64,000 bases of DNA. It comes from Rhynchopus sp. YZ270_cl-10 (lineage: Eukaryota). This document shows positions 35,011 to 46,565 of the stretch, piece after piece (position 1 is the first letter of the stretch; each line of letters starts with the position of its first letter). The stretch covers positions 868,001 to 932,000 of the forward strand of contig OZ037836.1 in the NCBI GenBank assembly GCA_964035575.1, given 5' to 3'. Made by a program: the position numbers and the translations under genes. The notes below the pieces were generated by a model. That model did not search any database and had not been told where the DNA came from. It saw nothing but the letters and a program-made list of their open reading frames with translations.

Positions 35011-35408
35011 TAGGGGAGCCTATGCACCGGCTATTCCTTCATTTGGCTCGGAAAATTTGGCGCCTTTCGGCAAAAAAACCCAAAAATAGATGAAACTACC
35101 CTATATACCTCACCAAAAATCACTTTCCGCCGGGTTTCAGGCACTTTTGAGCCTTTTTTCTTCAAATTTTTTTTTGAAAAAAATCTGCAAAAAAACTGAA
35201 AATGGCAAAGACAAATCCAGTGTAAAATGACAATTTTCAACAAAATGTGCGTTTAAATGAGTCAACGGGCAGCATTTTGTTTAAATTTTTGCTCATTTGA
35301 GTCCACAGAGTCCCAAAAAATGCATTGCCGGGGTCGTAGGTCAAAAAAGACTTAGAAATTTTAATTTAAAATCAAAAGGAGCCAAAATTACCGGTATAGG
35401 CTCCCCTA
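35011..35408. mobile_element. second copy of the 398-bp MITE at the paralogous site
   Basis: Same TIR, same GTTTAAT TSD and same flanks as 30183-30580. Confidence 0.92.
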
Positions 35409-35824
35409 GTTTAATGGTTAGAAATGGGGTGGGGGAGAGTAAGAGAGCGGTGGCTTTAAGTAAGCACGTTGGCAGAGGAGGTATACAGAGCTCGTCGCGA
35501 TACGCCAGCATGCGTGCAGGTGCCGTGTCCTGTGGGGAAGCCGCCAAAGCTCTCAGCAATATGCGATGTAAGCCCACCCAATCCGCACCGTCACGCTGCC
35601 GAAGTCGAGCTGTGCGTTTGAATCATGAAAATGAAAGTGAAAGCACGTGATCAGTGCATCAGAGCACACAACGGAGCCCACTCTCCTCCGTCATTACACC
35701 TCACACCTCTTCGTGCAAGCTACCAAGAAGACACGTGGTGTCGGTTTCAGAGTTATGACTCAAAAAAGGGGGGTTGGGAAGGGAGGTACGTTGTGTGCTG
35801 CCCTGCCACCAACACACCACGTCG

Positions 35825-36823
35825 TCATTGTGCGTGTCTCTGTCGCTTCTGGCTTTGCTCGGGGGATTCGTCTCTGCTTCGTTTCGGACGTGCTTCAACC
35901 ACAAGCTTACTCAGCTTCTTGCCGTTCCTCACTTCGTTGGACACAACACTGCTGCAGCCGGAATGGTAAATACTCGACAACGAAGTGCAGCGCGTAGCAA
36001 AATGCGTACTACGAGTATAAGTATTCAAAGCAATCGACGTCACGTTGCTGAGTGATGATAAAACTAGGGTTGTTAAGCTGCTGCAGTTCTGAAGGAAGCC
36101 TGCACCAACCTGCGTCACATTGCTGAGTGGCGACAAATCCAAGGTCGTTAAGTTCTTGCAGTTCGCAAGGAAATACGCACCAACCTGCGTCACATTGCTG
36201 TGTGGAGATAACTCGATGGTGCTTAAGCTCTTGCAGCCGTAAAGAAAGTTGTCATTAATCTGCGTCACGTTCCTGAGAGGAGATAAATAGAGTGTCGCTA
36301 AGTTGCTGCACTCCTCAAGGAAGCACGAACCAACCTGCGTCAAATTGCTCAACCCAGAGATGTCGATACTTGTCAACGAGGTGCAGTTGTACAGGAACCA
36401 GTCTCCAATGTGAGTCACAATGGACTCAGCACTGAGATCAAGTCTCGTCAACGAAGTGTGTGCCAAGAACCAATGCGGAATGACAGTCGCAACCTCCGCC
36501 TGCAGAAGCAAACACGCCACCTCAGGATCCTTCACACTCTTCAACTTCTCGGCTGTGATGTCGGTCTCACCCAACGCATGAAGCTCTGCAATGGCTTCGT
36601 ACTTCTGCGACTTCGTCTTCGTGAGGATGATTGTGTCACCAGCACTCAGCTGCGTCATGTCCGATCCTGCTCCCATCGCTTCGTCTCCGAAACTCATGCA
36701 AAAGCCGTCTTCAGGCAACCCCATTGCAGTCGCCACCTTCCGCCGCAAGCCCTCCACTGTGTCATCTTCACCCACCTCGACTGTGTGCTGATTCGTGTCG
36801 AAACCCTTGATGTTCAGGTCCAT
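35825..36823 (-). CDS. UBL-LRR-NLS copy 6 (332 aa)
   Basis: Intact. Closest to pseudogene copy 3. Confidence 0.88.
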   Translation of the reverse strand: MDLNIKGFDTNQHTVEVGEDDTVEGLRRKVATAMGLPEDGFCMSFGDEAMGAGSDMTQLSAGDTIILTKTKSQKYEAIAELHALGETDITAEKLKSVKDPEVACLLLQAEVATVIPHWFLAHTSLTRLDLSAESIVTHIGDWFLYNCTSLTSIDISGLSNLTQVGSCFLEECSNLATLYLSPLRNVTQINDNFLYGCKSLSTIELSPHSNVTQVGAYFLANCKNLTTLDLSPLSNVTQVGAGFLQNCSSLTTLVLSSLSNVTSIALNTYTRSTHFATRCTSLSSIYHSGCSSVVSNEVRNGKKLSKLVVEARPKRSRDESPEQSQKRQRHAQ

Positions 36824-36945
36824 ATCTTTGTTGTGGTTTTGTGTTCTGATCTCTGTGTGTGGTGGTGGGGTGTGGAGGACAACAAGCCTGCGGTCCTTTT
36901 CAAGAACCTTTCCAAAAACTGTCTGGAGAAGGGCCCCTCTCCCCG

Positions 36946-37157
36946 ACCCACAACCCACAACCCACAACCCACAACCCACAACCCACAACCCACAACCCAC
37001 AACCCACAACCCACAACCCACAACCCACAACCCACAACCCACAACCCACAACCCACAACCCACAACCCACAACCCACAACCCACAACCCACAACCCACAA
37101 CCCACAACCCACAACCCACAACCCACAACCCACAACCCACAACCCACAACCCACAAC
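36946..37157. repeat. (GGGTTGT)n heptamer tract, ~30 units
   Basis: Perfect tandem upstream of copy 6. Confidence 0.95.
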
Positions 37158-38123
37158 TTCAGATCTCTCTCCTCTCCACCCCGTCTACCAGATCACGGTT
37201 GAGGTTCCAGAGGACCCACCCAAGCCGTCCGTAAAGACCCGCAGGACAAAGGAGGGGATTGTTGGGGATCGTCATGTTCCCGAATCTGCGTTTTCGCAAT
37301 TTGTTTTTAGGAACGCACGATGTAGTGTTCGAGAGTGACAGTGAAAAAGAGGATTGCACGACGGTAGCGTTGTCGGGGGTGCGACACCGGACCGGGGACA
37401 CGTGAGGAGGAGATGGCAGATGGGAAGCAGGGTCTTTGCGTTTAATGGTTAGAAATGGGGTGGGGGAGAGTAAGAGGGCGGTGGCTTTTAGTAAGCACGT
37501 TGGCAGAGGAGGTATACAGAGCTCGTCGCGATACGCCAGCATGCGTGCAGGTGCCGTGTCCTGTGGGGAAGCCGCCAAAGCTCTCAGCAATATGTGATGT
37601 AAGCCCACCCAATCCGTACCGTCACGCTGCCGAAGTCGAGCTGTGCGTTTGAATCATGAAAGTGAAAGTGAAAGCACGTGATCAGTGCATCAGAGCACAC
37701 AACGGAGCCCACTCTCCTCCGTCATTACACCTCACACCTCTTCGTGCAAGCTACCAAGAAGACACGTGGTGTCGGTTTCAGAGTTATGACTCACAGAAAA
37801 AAAAGGGGGGTTGGGAAGGGAAGGGAGGTACGTTGTAATGAATAAGACATGGGTTTTTGTGGGGATTCTTTTGCAGCACAGAGTAAAATAACACAATGTG
37901 TGGAACGTCTTGCTCAGCACAGCTCTCCTCTCGCACCAAGTAGTAGTCTGTGCCACGGTGAGCAAGACTGTGCCCCTCTTCTTCTCCGAACCAGAGGACG
38001 CAAGCAGACATACTGCCAGAGACCCTCCACCTCGGGGAGGTGCTGCCCTGCCACCAACACACCACGTCGTCATTGTGCGTGCCTCCGTCGCTTCTGGCTT
38101 TGCTCGGGAGATTCGTCTCTGCT

Positions 38124-39290
38124 TCATTTCGGACGTGCTTCAACCACAAGCTTCTTCAGCTTGCTGTACCTCACTTCGGTGGACACAACACTGCTGCAGC
38201 CGGAAAGGTAAATGCTCGTCAACGAAGTGCAGTTCTCAGCAAATTGCGTAGTGATAGAAGAAGCATGCGGATTCAAACGAATATGCGTCACCTTGCTGAG
38301 TGGTGATAAATCTAGAGTAGTTAATCTCCTGCAGTTCGCAAGGAAATATGCACCCACATGCGTCACCTTGCTGAGTGGCGACAAATCCAGGGTCGTTAAG
38401 TTCTTGCAGTTCGCAAGGAAGCCCGCACCAACCTGCGTCACGTTGCTGAGTGGAGATAAATCGATGGTGGTTAAGCTCGTGCAGCCGTAAAGAAAGCTGG
38501 CATCAATCGACGTAACATTCCTGAGAGGAGACAAATCGAGGGTCGTTAAGCTGCTGCACTCCTCAAGGAAATATGCACCCACCTGCGTCAAATTTCTGAG
38601 TGGCGACAAATCCAAGGTCGTTAAGTTCTTGCAGTTCGCAAGGAAATACGCACCAACCTGCGTCACGTTGACGAGTGGAGATAAATCGATGGTGGTTAAG
38701 CTCGTGCAGCCGTTAAGAAAGCTGGCATCAATCGACGTAACATTCCTGAGAGGAGACAAATCGAGGGTCGTTAAGCTGCTGCACTCCTCAAGGAAATATG
38801 CACCCACCTGCGTCACATTGCTCAACCCAGAGAGGTCGATACTTGTCAACGAGGTGCAGTGGTGTAGGAACCTGTCTCCAATGTGAGTCACAATGGACTC
38901 AGCACTGAGATCAAGTCTTGTCAACGAAGTGCCTGACAAGAACCAATCCGGAATGACAGTCGCAACCTCCGCCTGCAGAAGCAAACACGCCACCTCAGGA
39001 TCCTTCACAGTCTTCAACTTATTGGCTGTGATGTCGGTCACACCCAACGCATGAAGCTCTGCAATTGCTTCTTGTTTCTGCGTTTTTGTGAGGATGATTG
39101 TGTCACCAGCACTCAGCTGCGTCATGTCCGATCCTTCTCCCATCGCTTCGCCTCCGAAACTCATGCAAAAGCCGTCTTCAGGCAACCCCATTGCAGACGC
39201 CACCTTCCGCCGCAAGTCCTCCACTGTGTCATCCTCACCCACCTCGACTGTGTGCTGATTCGTGTCGAAACCCTTGATGTTCAGGTCCAT
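38124..39290 (-). CDS. UBL-LRR copy 7 (388 aa, 8 internal LRRs, NLS tail lost)
   Basis: Internal 3-repeat duplication. Ends EARPK* (CGA>TGA). Confidence 0.88.
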   Translation of the reverse strand: MDLNIKGFDTNQHTVEVGEDDTVEDLRRKVASAMGLPEDGFCMSFGGEAMGEGSDMTQLSAGDTIILTKTQKQEAIAELHALGVTDITANKLKTVKDPEVACLLLQAEVATVIPDWFLSGTSLTRLDLSAESIVTHIGDRFLHHCTSLTSIDLSGLSNVTQVGAYFLEECSSLTTLDLSPLRNVTSIDASFLNGCTSLTTIDLSPLVNVTQVGAYFLANCKNLTTLDLSPLRNLTQVGAYFLEECSSLTTLDLSPLRNVTSIDASFLYGCTSLTTIDLSPLSNVTQVGAGFLANCKNLTTLDLSPLSKVTHVGAYFLANCRRLTTLDLSPLSKVTHIRLNPHASSITTQFAENCTSLTSIYLSGCSSVVSTEVRYSKLKKLVVEARPK

Positions 39291-39415
39291 GTCTTTGTTG
39301 TGGTTTTGTGTTCTGATCTCTGTGTGTGGTGGTGGGGTGTGGAGGACAACAAGCCTGCAGTCCTTTTCAAGAACCTTGCCAAACTAAACTGTAGGAAGAA
39401 AGGCCCCCTCTCCCG

Positions 39416-39727
39416 ACCCACAACCCACAACCCACAACCCACAACCCACAACCCACAACCCACAACCCACAACCCACAACCCACAACCCACAACCCACAA
39501 CCCACAACCCACAACCCACAACCCACAACCCACAACCCACAACCCACAACCCACAACCCACAACCCACAACCCACAACCCACAACCCACAACCCACAACC
39601 CACAACCCACAACCCACAACCCACAACCCACAACCCACAACCCACAACCCACAACCCACAACCCACAACCCACAACCCACAACCCACAACCCACAACCCA
39701 CAACCCACAACCCACAACCCACAACCC
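39416..39727. repeat. (GGGTTGT)n heptamer tract, ~44 units
   Basis: Perfect tandem upstream of copy 7. Confidence 0.95.
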
Positions 39728-40341
39728 CCGACTTCAGATCTCTCACCTCTCCACCCCCTCTCCCTGAACCAGCGCCCTTCACAGACGTTCCCTCCTCACG
39801 AAAGCAAACCCACCTTCCCCTGCCCCTCTCACGCACCTTTACCTGCCCCGTTCTGCACAAGAAACCCGCAGGACCTGGTCTGATGCGCTCAGTGTTTGCT
39901 GGAGGCACCCTGAAGAGCATCTTGTGAAGCAGGATGCCCAGGACCAATAATAAGGACCCTGAGGGACGTTTAGCATCAAGGAGTATGACACTGGACCGAG
40001 CCCACATGAGAAGGTGGCAGAAGGGGGAAATGGGTCCTCACTCTGAAAAAGTTTAGCTGGTATGGGAGGGGGGGGGGGAAATGGGGTTGGAGAGTGGCAG
40101 TGGCTCTTAGTTGGCACGTTGTGCATGTTTGGGTTCGCTTGCTCAAAAGGCTAAAAAGGGGAAGGGGAAAAATTAAAGGTTGTCTGTGTTGTTCGCTTCC
40201 TCTCGCACGAAGTAGTAGTCTGTGCCACGGTGAGCAAGACTGTGCCCCTCTTCTTCTCCGAACCAGAGGACGCAAGCAGACATATTGCCAGAGACCCTCC
40301 ACCTCGGGGAGGTGCTGCCCTGCCACCAACACACCAGGTCG

Positions 40342-41334
40342 TCATTGTGCGTGTCTCCGTCGCTTCTGGCTTTGCTCGGGGGATTCGTCTCTGCTGCGTT
40401 TCGGACGTGCTTCAACCACAAGCTCACTCAGCTTCTCACGCTTCCTCACTTCGTTGGACACAACACTGCTGCAGCCGGAAAGGTAAATGCTCGTCAACGA
40501 AACGCAGTTCTCAGCAAAATGCGCAGTAGAAGTAAAACGATTCAAACCAATCGACGTCACGTTCCTGAGTGGTGATAAACCTAGGGTGGTTAAGCTGCTG
40601 CAGTTCGCAAGGAAGCCCGTACCCACCTGCGTCACATTGCTGAGTGGCGACAAATCTAAGGTTGTTAAGTTCTTGCAGCTCGCAAGGAAGCCCGCACCAA
40701 CCTGCGTCACGTTGCTGAGTAGTGATAACTCGATGGTGGTTAAGCTCTTGCAGCCGTAAAGAAAGTCGTCATTAATCTGCGTCACGTTGCTGAGTGGTGA
40801 CAAATCCAGGGTAGTTAAGCTTCTGCAGCTCCAAAGGAAGGCCTTACCCACCTGCGTCACATTGCTCAACCCAGAGAGATCGATACTTGTCAACGAGGTG
40901 CAGTCTGCCAGGAACCTGTCTCCAATGTGAGTCACAATGGACTCAGCACTGAGATCAAGTCTCGTCAACGAAGTACGTGCCAAGAACCAATTCGGAATGA
41001 CAGTCGCAACCTCCGCCTGCAGAAGCAAACACGCCACCTCAGGATCCTTCACACTCTTCAACTTCTCGGCTGTGATGTCTGTCTCACCCAACGCATGAAG
41101 CTCTGCAATGGCTTCTTGCTTCTGCGTTTTCGTGAGGATGATTGTGTCACCAGCACTCAGCTGCGTCATGTCCGCTCCTGCTCCCATCGCTTCGTCTCCG
41201 AAACTCATGCAAAAGCCGTCTTCAGGCAACCCCATTGCAGACGCCACCTTCCGCCGCAAGTCCTCCACTGTGTCATCTTCACCCACCTCGACTGTGTGCT
41301 GATTCGTGTCGAAACCCTTGATGTTCAGGTCCAT
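40342..41334 (-). CDS. UBL-LRR-NLS copy 8 (330 aa)
   Basis: Intact ORF with the same architecture. Confidence 0.9.
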   Translation of the reverse strand: MDLNIKGFDTNQHTVEVGEDDTVEDLRRKVASAMGLPEDGFCMSFGDEAMGAGADMTQLSAGDTIILTKTQKQEAIAELHALGETDITAEKLKSVKDPEVACLLLQAEVATVIPNWFLARTSLTRLDLSAESIVTHIGDRFLADCTSLTSIDLSGLSNVTQVGKAFLWSCRSLTTLDLSPLSNVTQINDDFLYGCKSLTTIELSLLSNVTQVGAGFLASCKNLTTLDLSPLSNVTQVGTGFLANCSSLTTLGLSPLRNVTSIGLNRFTSTAHFAENCVSLTSIYLSGCSSVVSNEVRKREKLSELVVEARPKRSRDESPEQSQKRRRHAQ

Positions 41335-41459
41335 GTCTTTGTTGTGGTTTTGTGTTCTGATCTCTGTGTGTGGTGGTGGGGTGTGGAGGACAACAAACCT
41401 GCAGTCCTTTTCAAGAACCTTGCCAAACTAAACTGTAGGAAGAAAGGCCCCCTCTCCCG

Positions 41460-41680
41460 ACCCACAACCCACAACCCACAACCCACAACCCACAACCCAC
41501 AACCCACAACCCACAACCCACAACCCACAACCCACAACCCACAACCCACAACCCACAACCCACAACCCACAACCCACAACCCACAACCCACAACCCACAA
41601 CCCACAACCCACAACCCACAACCCACAACCCACAACCCACAACCCACAACCCACAACCCACAACCCACAACCCACAACCC
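41460..41680. repeat. (GGGTTGT)n heptamer tract, ~31 units
   Basis: Perfect tandem upstream of copy 8. Confidence 0.95.
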
Positions 41681-42320
41681 CCGACTTCAGATCTCTCTCC
41701 TCTCCACCCCCTCTCCCTGAACCAGCGCCCTTCACAGACGTTCCCTCCTCACGAAAGCAAACCCACCTTCCCCTGCCCCATACACCTTTACCTGCCCCGT
41801 TCTGCACAAGAAACCCGCAGGACCTGGTCTGATGCGCTCAGTCTTTGCTGGAGGTACCCTGAAGAGCATCTTGTGAAGGAGGATGCCCAGGACCAATAAT
41901 AAGGACCCTTAGGGACGTTTAGCATCAAGGAGTATGACACTGGACCGAGCCCACATGAGAAGGTGGCAGAAGGGGGAACATGGGTCCTCACTCTGAAAGA
42001 GTTTAGCTGGTATGGGAGGAGGGGGGAAATGGGGTTGGAGAGTGGCAGTGGCTCTTAGTTGGCACGTTGTGCATGTTTGGGTTCGTTATATAGGAAGAAG
42101 AAAAAAGATAGTAACTCTGATAGGAAAAAAGTATTTTCATCTGCAATCAATAAATTGATAGCATGTGAGGAGGGATCAAAAAATGTTCCCATCTTTCTTT
42201 GTAGGGCGTATGTTGTGCTTCGTTATAGGGGAAAAATTGTTTGCTTATAGACTACTATCACTAGATAGCAGCCCACGGTTTTTCTTCACAGGATCTTTAA
42301 AAGAGAGACAACCTAAACTG

Positions 42321-42990
42321 AAATTATTACGCATCCACTCGACGTTTGGATAAAGAAAACTAGAGATGAAAAAGGGGGTTTGGGGGGGAAAGAGTATAAT
42401 TCTTGAACGCATCCCCACACTCAGTCACACACTCGTTGTTGTCAACCTATACTGAAAAAAAAATTATCTTTTCCTTCCTTCAAAACTTCACACACAACGC
42501 TTTTTGGTTTTTGGGAGACACACAAGGTGCCAGGTTCTATGATAATTACTATGCACGGAACCACCCTGCACCTGTTTGTCATATTGTTTCCCGTGCAATA
42601 CATGGGGAACCGTTTCGCACTCGAAACTCTGGAAACTAGAACCCGAACTCCAACTTTCCCTTTTGGTTGGTTCCCCCACCCCCACAAACAATAAAGACAA
42701 AAGGGAGAGGTTGTGGTGAAACGCACACACCTCGACCTCTCTGGTGAAGTGTGCCTCTACTCCAACCCGCCCCAGAATAGAAAAAGGAAGGTAGGGGGAC
42801 GGTGCTCAATTTCCTTTTTAGCATTGCATGGAATCATAGAAAAAAGGGGGGAAATCAGCCAGAGTTTGTGAAAAATGTCAAAATTATTACTCATCCACTC
42901 GAAGTTTGGATAAGGAAAACTAAAGACGAAAGGGGGTTTGGGGGAGAGGTGTTTAATTCTTGAACGCAGCCCTACACTCAGTCACACACA
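42321..42990. repeat. diverged ~110-bp direct repeat pair (42321-42432, 42881-42990)
   Basis: AAATTATTACxCATCCACTCGAxGTTTGGATAA...CACTCAGTCACACAC occurs at both sites. Confidence 0.8.
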
Positions 42991-44319
42991 CAAAAAAAAT
43001 ACACGACTGGAACAGTATTGCGCTAGCCCATACGGGGGAAGAAAGACTTATGAAGTTAAAATGCTCGAGAGACTCGTTACGCTTTGCTTGTTTCTCAAAA
43101 GGCTAAAAACGGGATGGGGAAAAATTAAAGGTCGTTTGTTGTTCGCTTCCACCAACTGAAAAAATAGTACGCAAGCCCATACGGGGGGAAGAAATTTACG
43201 ATGGTAAAGTAAATTTTCAAGTTAAGTTCATATGCTGTAAGCGATTCTCCATGCTCGCACAGAGGCTTTCAACGGTGCAACCACAAAAGTAAAACTACAA
43301 GACAAGACATGTACGTCCTTGTTAGCCATACATTGGAAGGTACATAACGCCTCGCCATAGGCGGACGCAGGGCCCCGAAAAAAGGAAAAAAAAAAAGTGA
43401 AGCAGATAGTGCAAACAAGTGGGCACGGAGGGTATGTTTATTAGCCTATGGATCGTGCCAAGGACGGTCTGTCTAAGGCAAGATCCATGGAAAGAACATA
43501 TAGGATTTATCGTGTAGCTTTTTTTGAGTCACTTAAAACCCAACAATCCACACCTGGGGGATCGAGTCTCGGAGTGGAAGGGGCTTGTAAGACACACTTT
43601 AAAACCTCTTTATTTGTCCGTTCCCCTCACATGGTGACCATGTGACTCTTTACCATGTTTAAACGGCATTATGCAGAGGTAGTGCTGTGCATGCAATGCA
43701 TGTAATGCCATGCAAAAGAACGTTACAGATCTCATACATTGCGAAGAAACAAAAGAAACAATGTGTGTTTTTTTCTATTCGAAAACCTTTTACACCATTC
43801 CTTTTGAGGAGCATGTACGGTCCTGGAAGCTCCAAGAAAATGGAGTCGGCAGGTCGGCAGCTTAATAAAGGAAGTTGCCTTTCCTAAACGTGCACACACA
43901 ACTGACAAAAGGGAGAGGTGTCGTCACTCACCTATATCATCATTGAAATACCATTGCTTAGCAATGATACAATATTGTTGCCCAGTTCTTTTCGTTTCCC
44001 CCTCCCCTTTTTTTAGCAAGTTACTTGAGCGGTACAGGCCATGCCATGCATGGTCATTGTGCCCAAAAACCACCCCCACAAAAAAAAAATAGACGACAGG
44101 TGAAAAATCTGTCGCATTGACTAGCTCCCCACCTCATCATCTTTTTCACCTCGCGTCCACTTGGTCGTTTTTTTCACATACATGACCCACTGTCGTCAAT
44201 TATCATTTCTCCCCCCCTCCCTTCCCCCCTCACACTTCTTCACCCCCTCTCAGCGCTTACCTCAAAATGACCAAGCCCCCCCTTGGTCATTACCAAGGGG
44301 GGCCTGGTCATTTTGACCA

Positions 44320-44486
44320 CACGACGGGACCCAGTGACAAGTGACAAGTGACAAGTGAAATCACATGTGATTTCACTTGTCACAATATGACAAAAAAGTC
44401 ACTTGTCATGACAAGTGACTTTCTATGGGGATATAGGCTATTTACTTGTCATTTTCACTTGTCACTTGTCACTGGGTCCCGTCGTG
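44320..44486. mobile_element. 167-bp MITE with CACGA ends and 2-bp TSD (CACTA/CMC-like)
   Basis: Perfect 32-bp TIR CACGACGGGACCCAGTGACAAGTGACAAGTGA, CA on both flanks, internal GTGACAA repeats. Confidence 0.82.
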
Positions 44487-44536
44487 CAGGCTAAAAGCCT
44501 GGTCAGTCACCTGACCAAGCCACCGCGCACACTTCT

Positions 44537-45954
44537 TCACCCCCTATCGGCGCTTGGCCCACGCACTTCTGTCCGATTCTTATGAACATGTGAAGGGTAC
44601 ACCGCCTCGCAGTGCACCACCGTGCACCCATCCGTCCCACACCCTTCCTTCAGCGCGCACCCTTTCACCCTATCGCCTTCGCGGCAGACTTTAGTCCGCG
44701 GGAAGCTGTACTCCCGCACTGCGTTCTTCGCCTGGAAGAGGGCCTCTCTGAACGCTGGCCGGTCATTTTTATATAGTGTGCACGCTGTACCGGCCATTTG
44801 CCTCAGATATATTGCGAGCCACGAATCGAGAAGGGTGCGCACTGCGTCTGTGGAGCGGAGAACGATGAGTCCGTGTGTGTTCCGTTCTGGAAAGTGGGGG
44901 TACGTCCAACCCAGGTACGTGGAGCCGAAGGTGGTGGTGGTGTTCAGTGTGCGGTCGCCTGAGGTTCCGCCCCAACGTGAGAAGGTGTTGGGCGCGATGC
45001 CAATGTCATAGTCAACGGCACGACGCGGGAGGAGCGAAGCGATGGAGTTGCAAAAGTGGACGTCAGGGCTGAGCACGAGAGTAGTGTTGTACTCCAGGGA
45101 GGCTGCAATGATGCCAAGGATGCGTTCGAAGAAGCGGCGTGGAGTGCCTTTGGCGCAGCTGGGGGCACTGTGGAGTAGGAGGGTGGGGGGAAGAGGAGGA
45201 GATGGTGTGTTTGAATGGTGTGGCAAAAATCTTAATGTACACACTTTGTTGATTCTAAAAACGGGGTGGGGGAAAAAATCGCGAATAGAAAAAATGGGTG
45301 AGATATTGAAAAGTTGGAACGCTTCCTCACCCAGATCACACGGATGGCCATTTTTGGGCCATCCAAAACCGCAAAATGCCCACCTTACACTACATACATC
45401 ACACCACGTCGCTTTGCATCTTCAACGAGGTCCTCGAACCACAGAGTTTTGATAAACGGCTTAGCCCTAGCCACAGCATCGAGCGTACGACGGTGCTTCC
45501 GCGGTGCGACCAAGGTGACTCGCCGTACGGACGTTGTGCCAAGCATGTTGCGCACCAGGGACACACCACGCTCCGCTAAGCTATTACTTCCCTGTAACAA
45601 CACCACCGCACCAACACGCCCTAGACGGGTATAACCGCGCTGCACACCCCCGCTACCAAGTCTCTTGCCTAACCCCTCTCCGGCACGTCTGGTGGCGAGG
45701 GCCTCCTTTTTGGCGTCATCTAGCTGGCGTTGGGTGGGGCGGTGTGATTTGCCGGAGGAGGAGGAGGGCAGAATACCCTCGGCCTTGCCCCTCCTGCTCT
45801 GCGCACCCCTCAGCAGCATGGTGTGGGATCGGAGGCTCGAGGCAGGTGAGTGTCCATCCGAGGCTGATGTGCTGCTTGCACTATCGGAGACAACACCACG
45901 ATGCACAGCAACAATACATAGGACGGTAACGAGAAGTAGGGTCTTTTGCCACAT
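44537..45954 (-). CDS. type II membrane nucleotide-diphospho-sugar transferase-like (GT-A) protein, two exons (45954-45398, 45167-44537)
   Basis: N-terminal hydrophobic anchor. Predicted phase-2 intron 45397-45168 (GTATGT...pyrimidine tract CAG) joins the two ORFs in frame. Motifs TLVLSPDVHFC, ERNTHGLIVLR and NDRPAFREAL. Confidence 0.75.
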
Positions 45955-46565
45955 GCAGTGGGGGTGGGGTGGTTAATTGGAAAGACAGAAAAAAATGGGG
46001 GGAGAGATGTGTACTTGTGTATGCTGAGAGAGGGTATTGGTAATGCATAAGGAACAACACAACAACAAATAAACAGAGAGTGGGCAGCACCGTTCAATGA
46101 AGCTCCAAAGGTGACCATAGAAAGGTAGAAAGTGTGCGGGAAACGGAAAAAAAAAGGTTCTGTTTTCCCGTTTGTCAAAATCTCTTTGTTTTTTTCTCTT
46201 TTGTCTATTTTTCCTGAATTTCTGATTCTCTTCTTTTGTACTTCTTGTTTTGGTTGTTGTTAGATACGCTCAATCGTCTATCGAGTTCTAAAAAAGGGGG
46301 GGTTGGTCAGGAAGACGTTGTAATGAATAAGACAATGGGTTGTGGGGATTCTTTTGCAGAGTAAAATAACACAATGTGTGGAAGGTCTTGCTCAGCACAG
46401 CTCTCCTCTCGCACCAAGTAGTAGTCTGTGCCACGGTGAGCAAGACTGTGCCCCTCTTCTTCTCCGAACCAGAGGACGCAAGCAGACACACTGCCAGAGA
46501 CCCTCCACCTCGGGGAGGTGCTGCCCTGCCACCAACACACCACGTCGTCATTGTGCGTGTCTCTG

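Noticed and set aside
33340..37156. N-terminal (GCGLWVV)n extensions of copies 5 and 6 and upstream starts for copies 1, 4 and 9
   Set aside because: They arise from the heptamer tract or non-ATG starts and are not frame-conserved among paralogs. MDLNIK is the shared start.
31100..38130. TGA readthrough or recoding of the premature stops
   Set aside because: Copy 4 has a 1-bp deletion and further loss just after the TGA, and TGA is the normal stop of intact copies.
29655..41680. Telomere or chromosome end
   Set aside because: The tracts are interstitial, sit at one paralogous position, expand from a 1-2 unit seed and are not TTAGGG.
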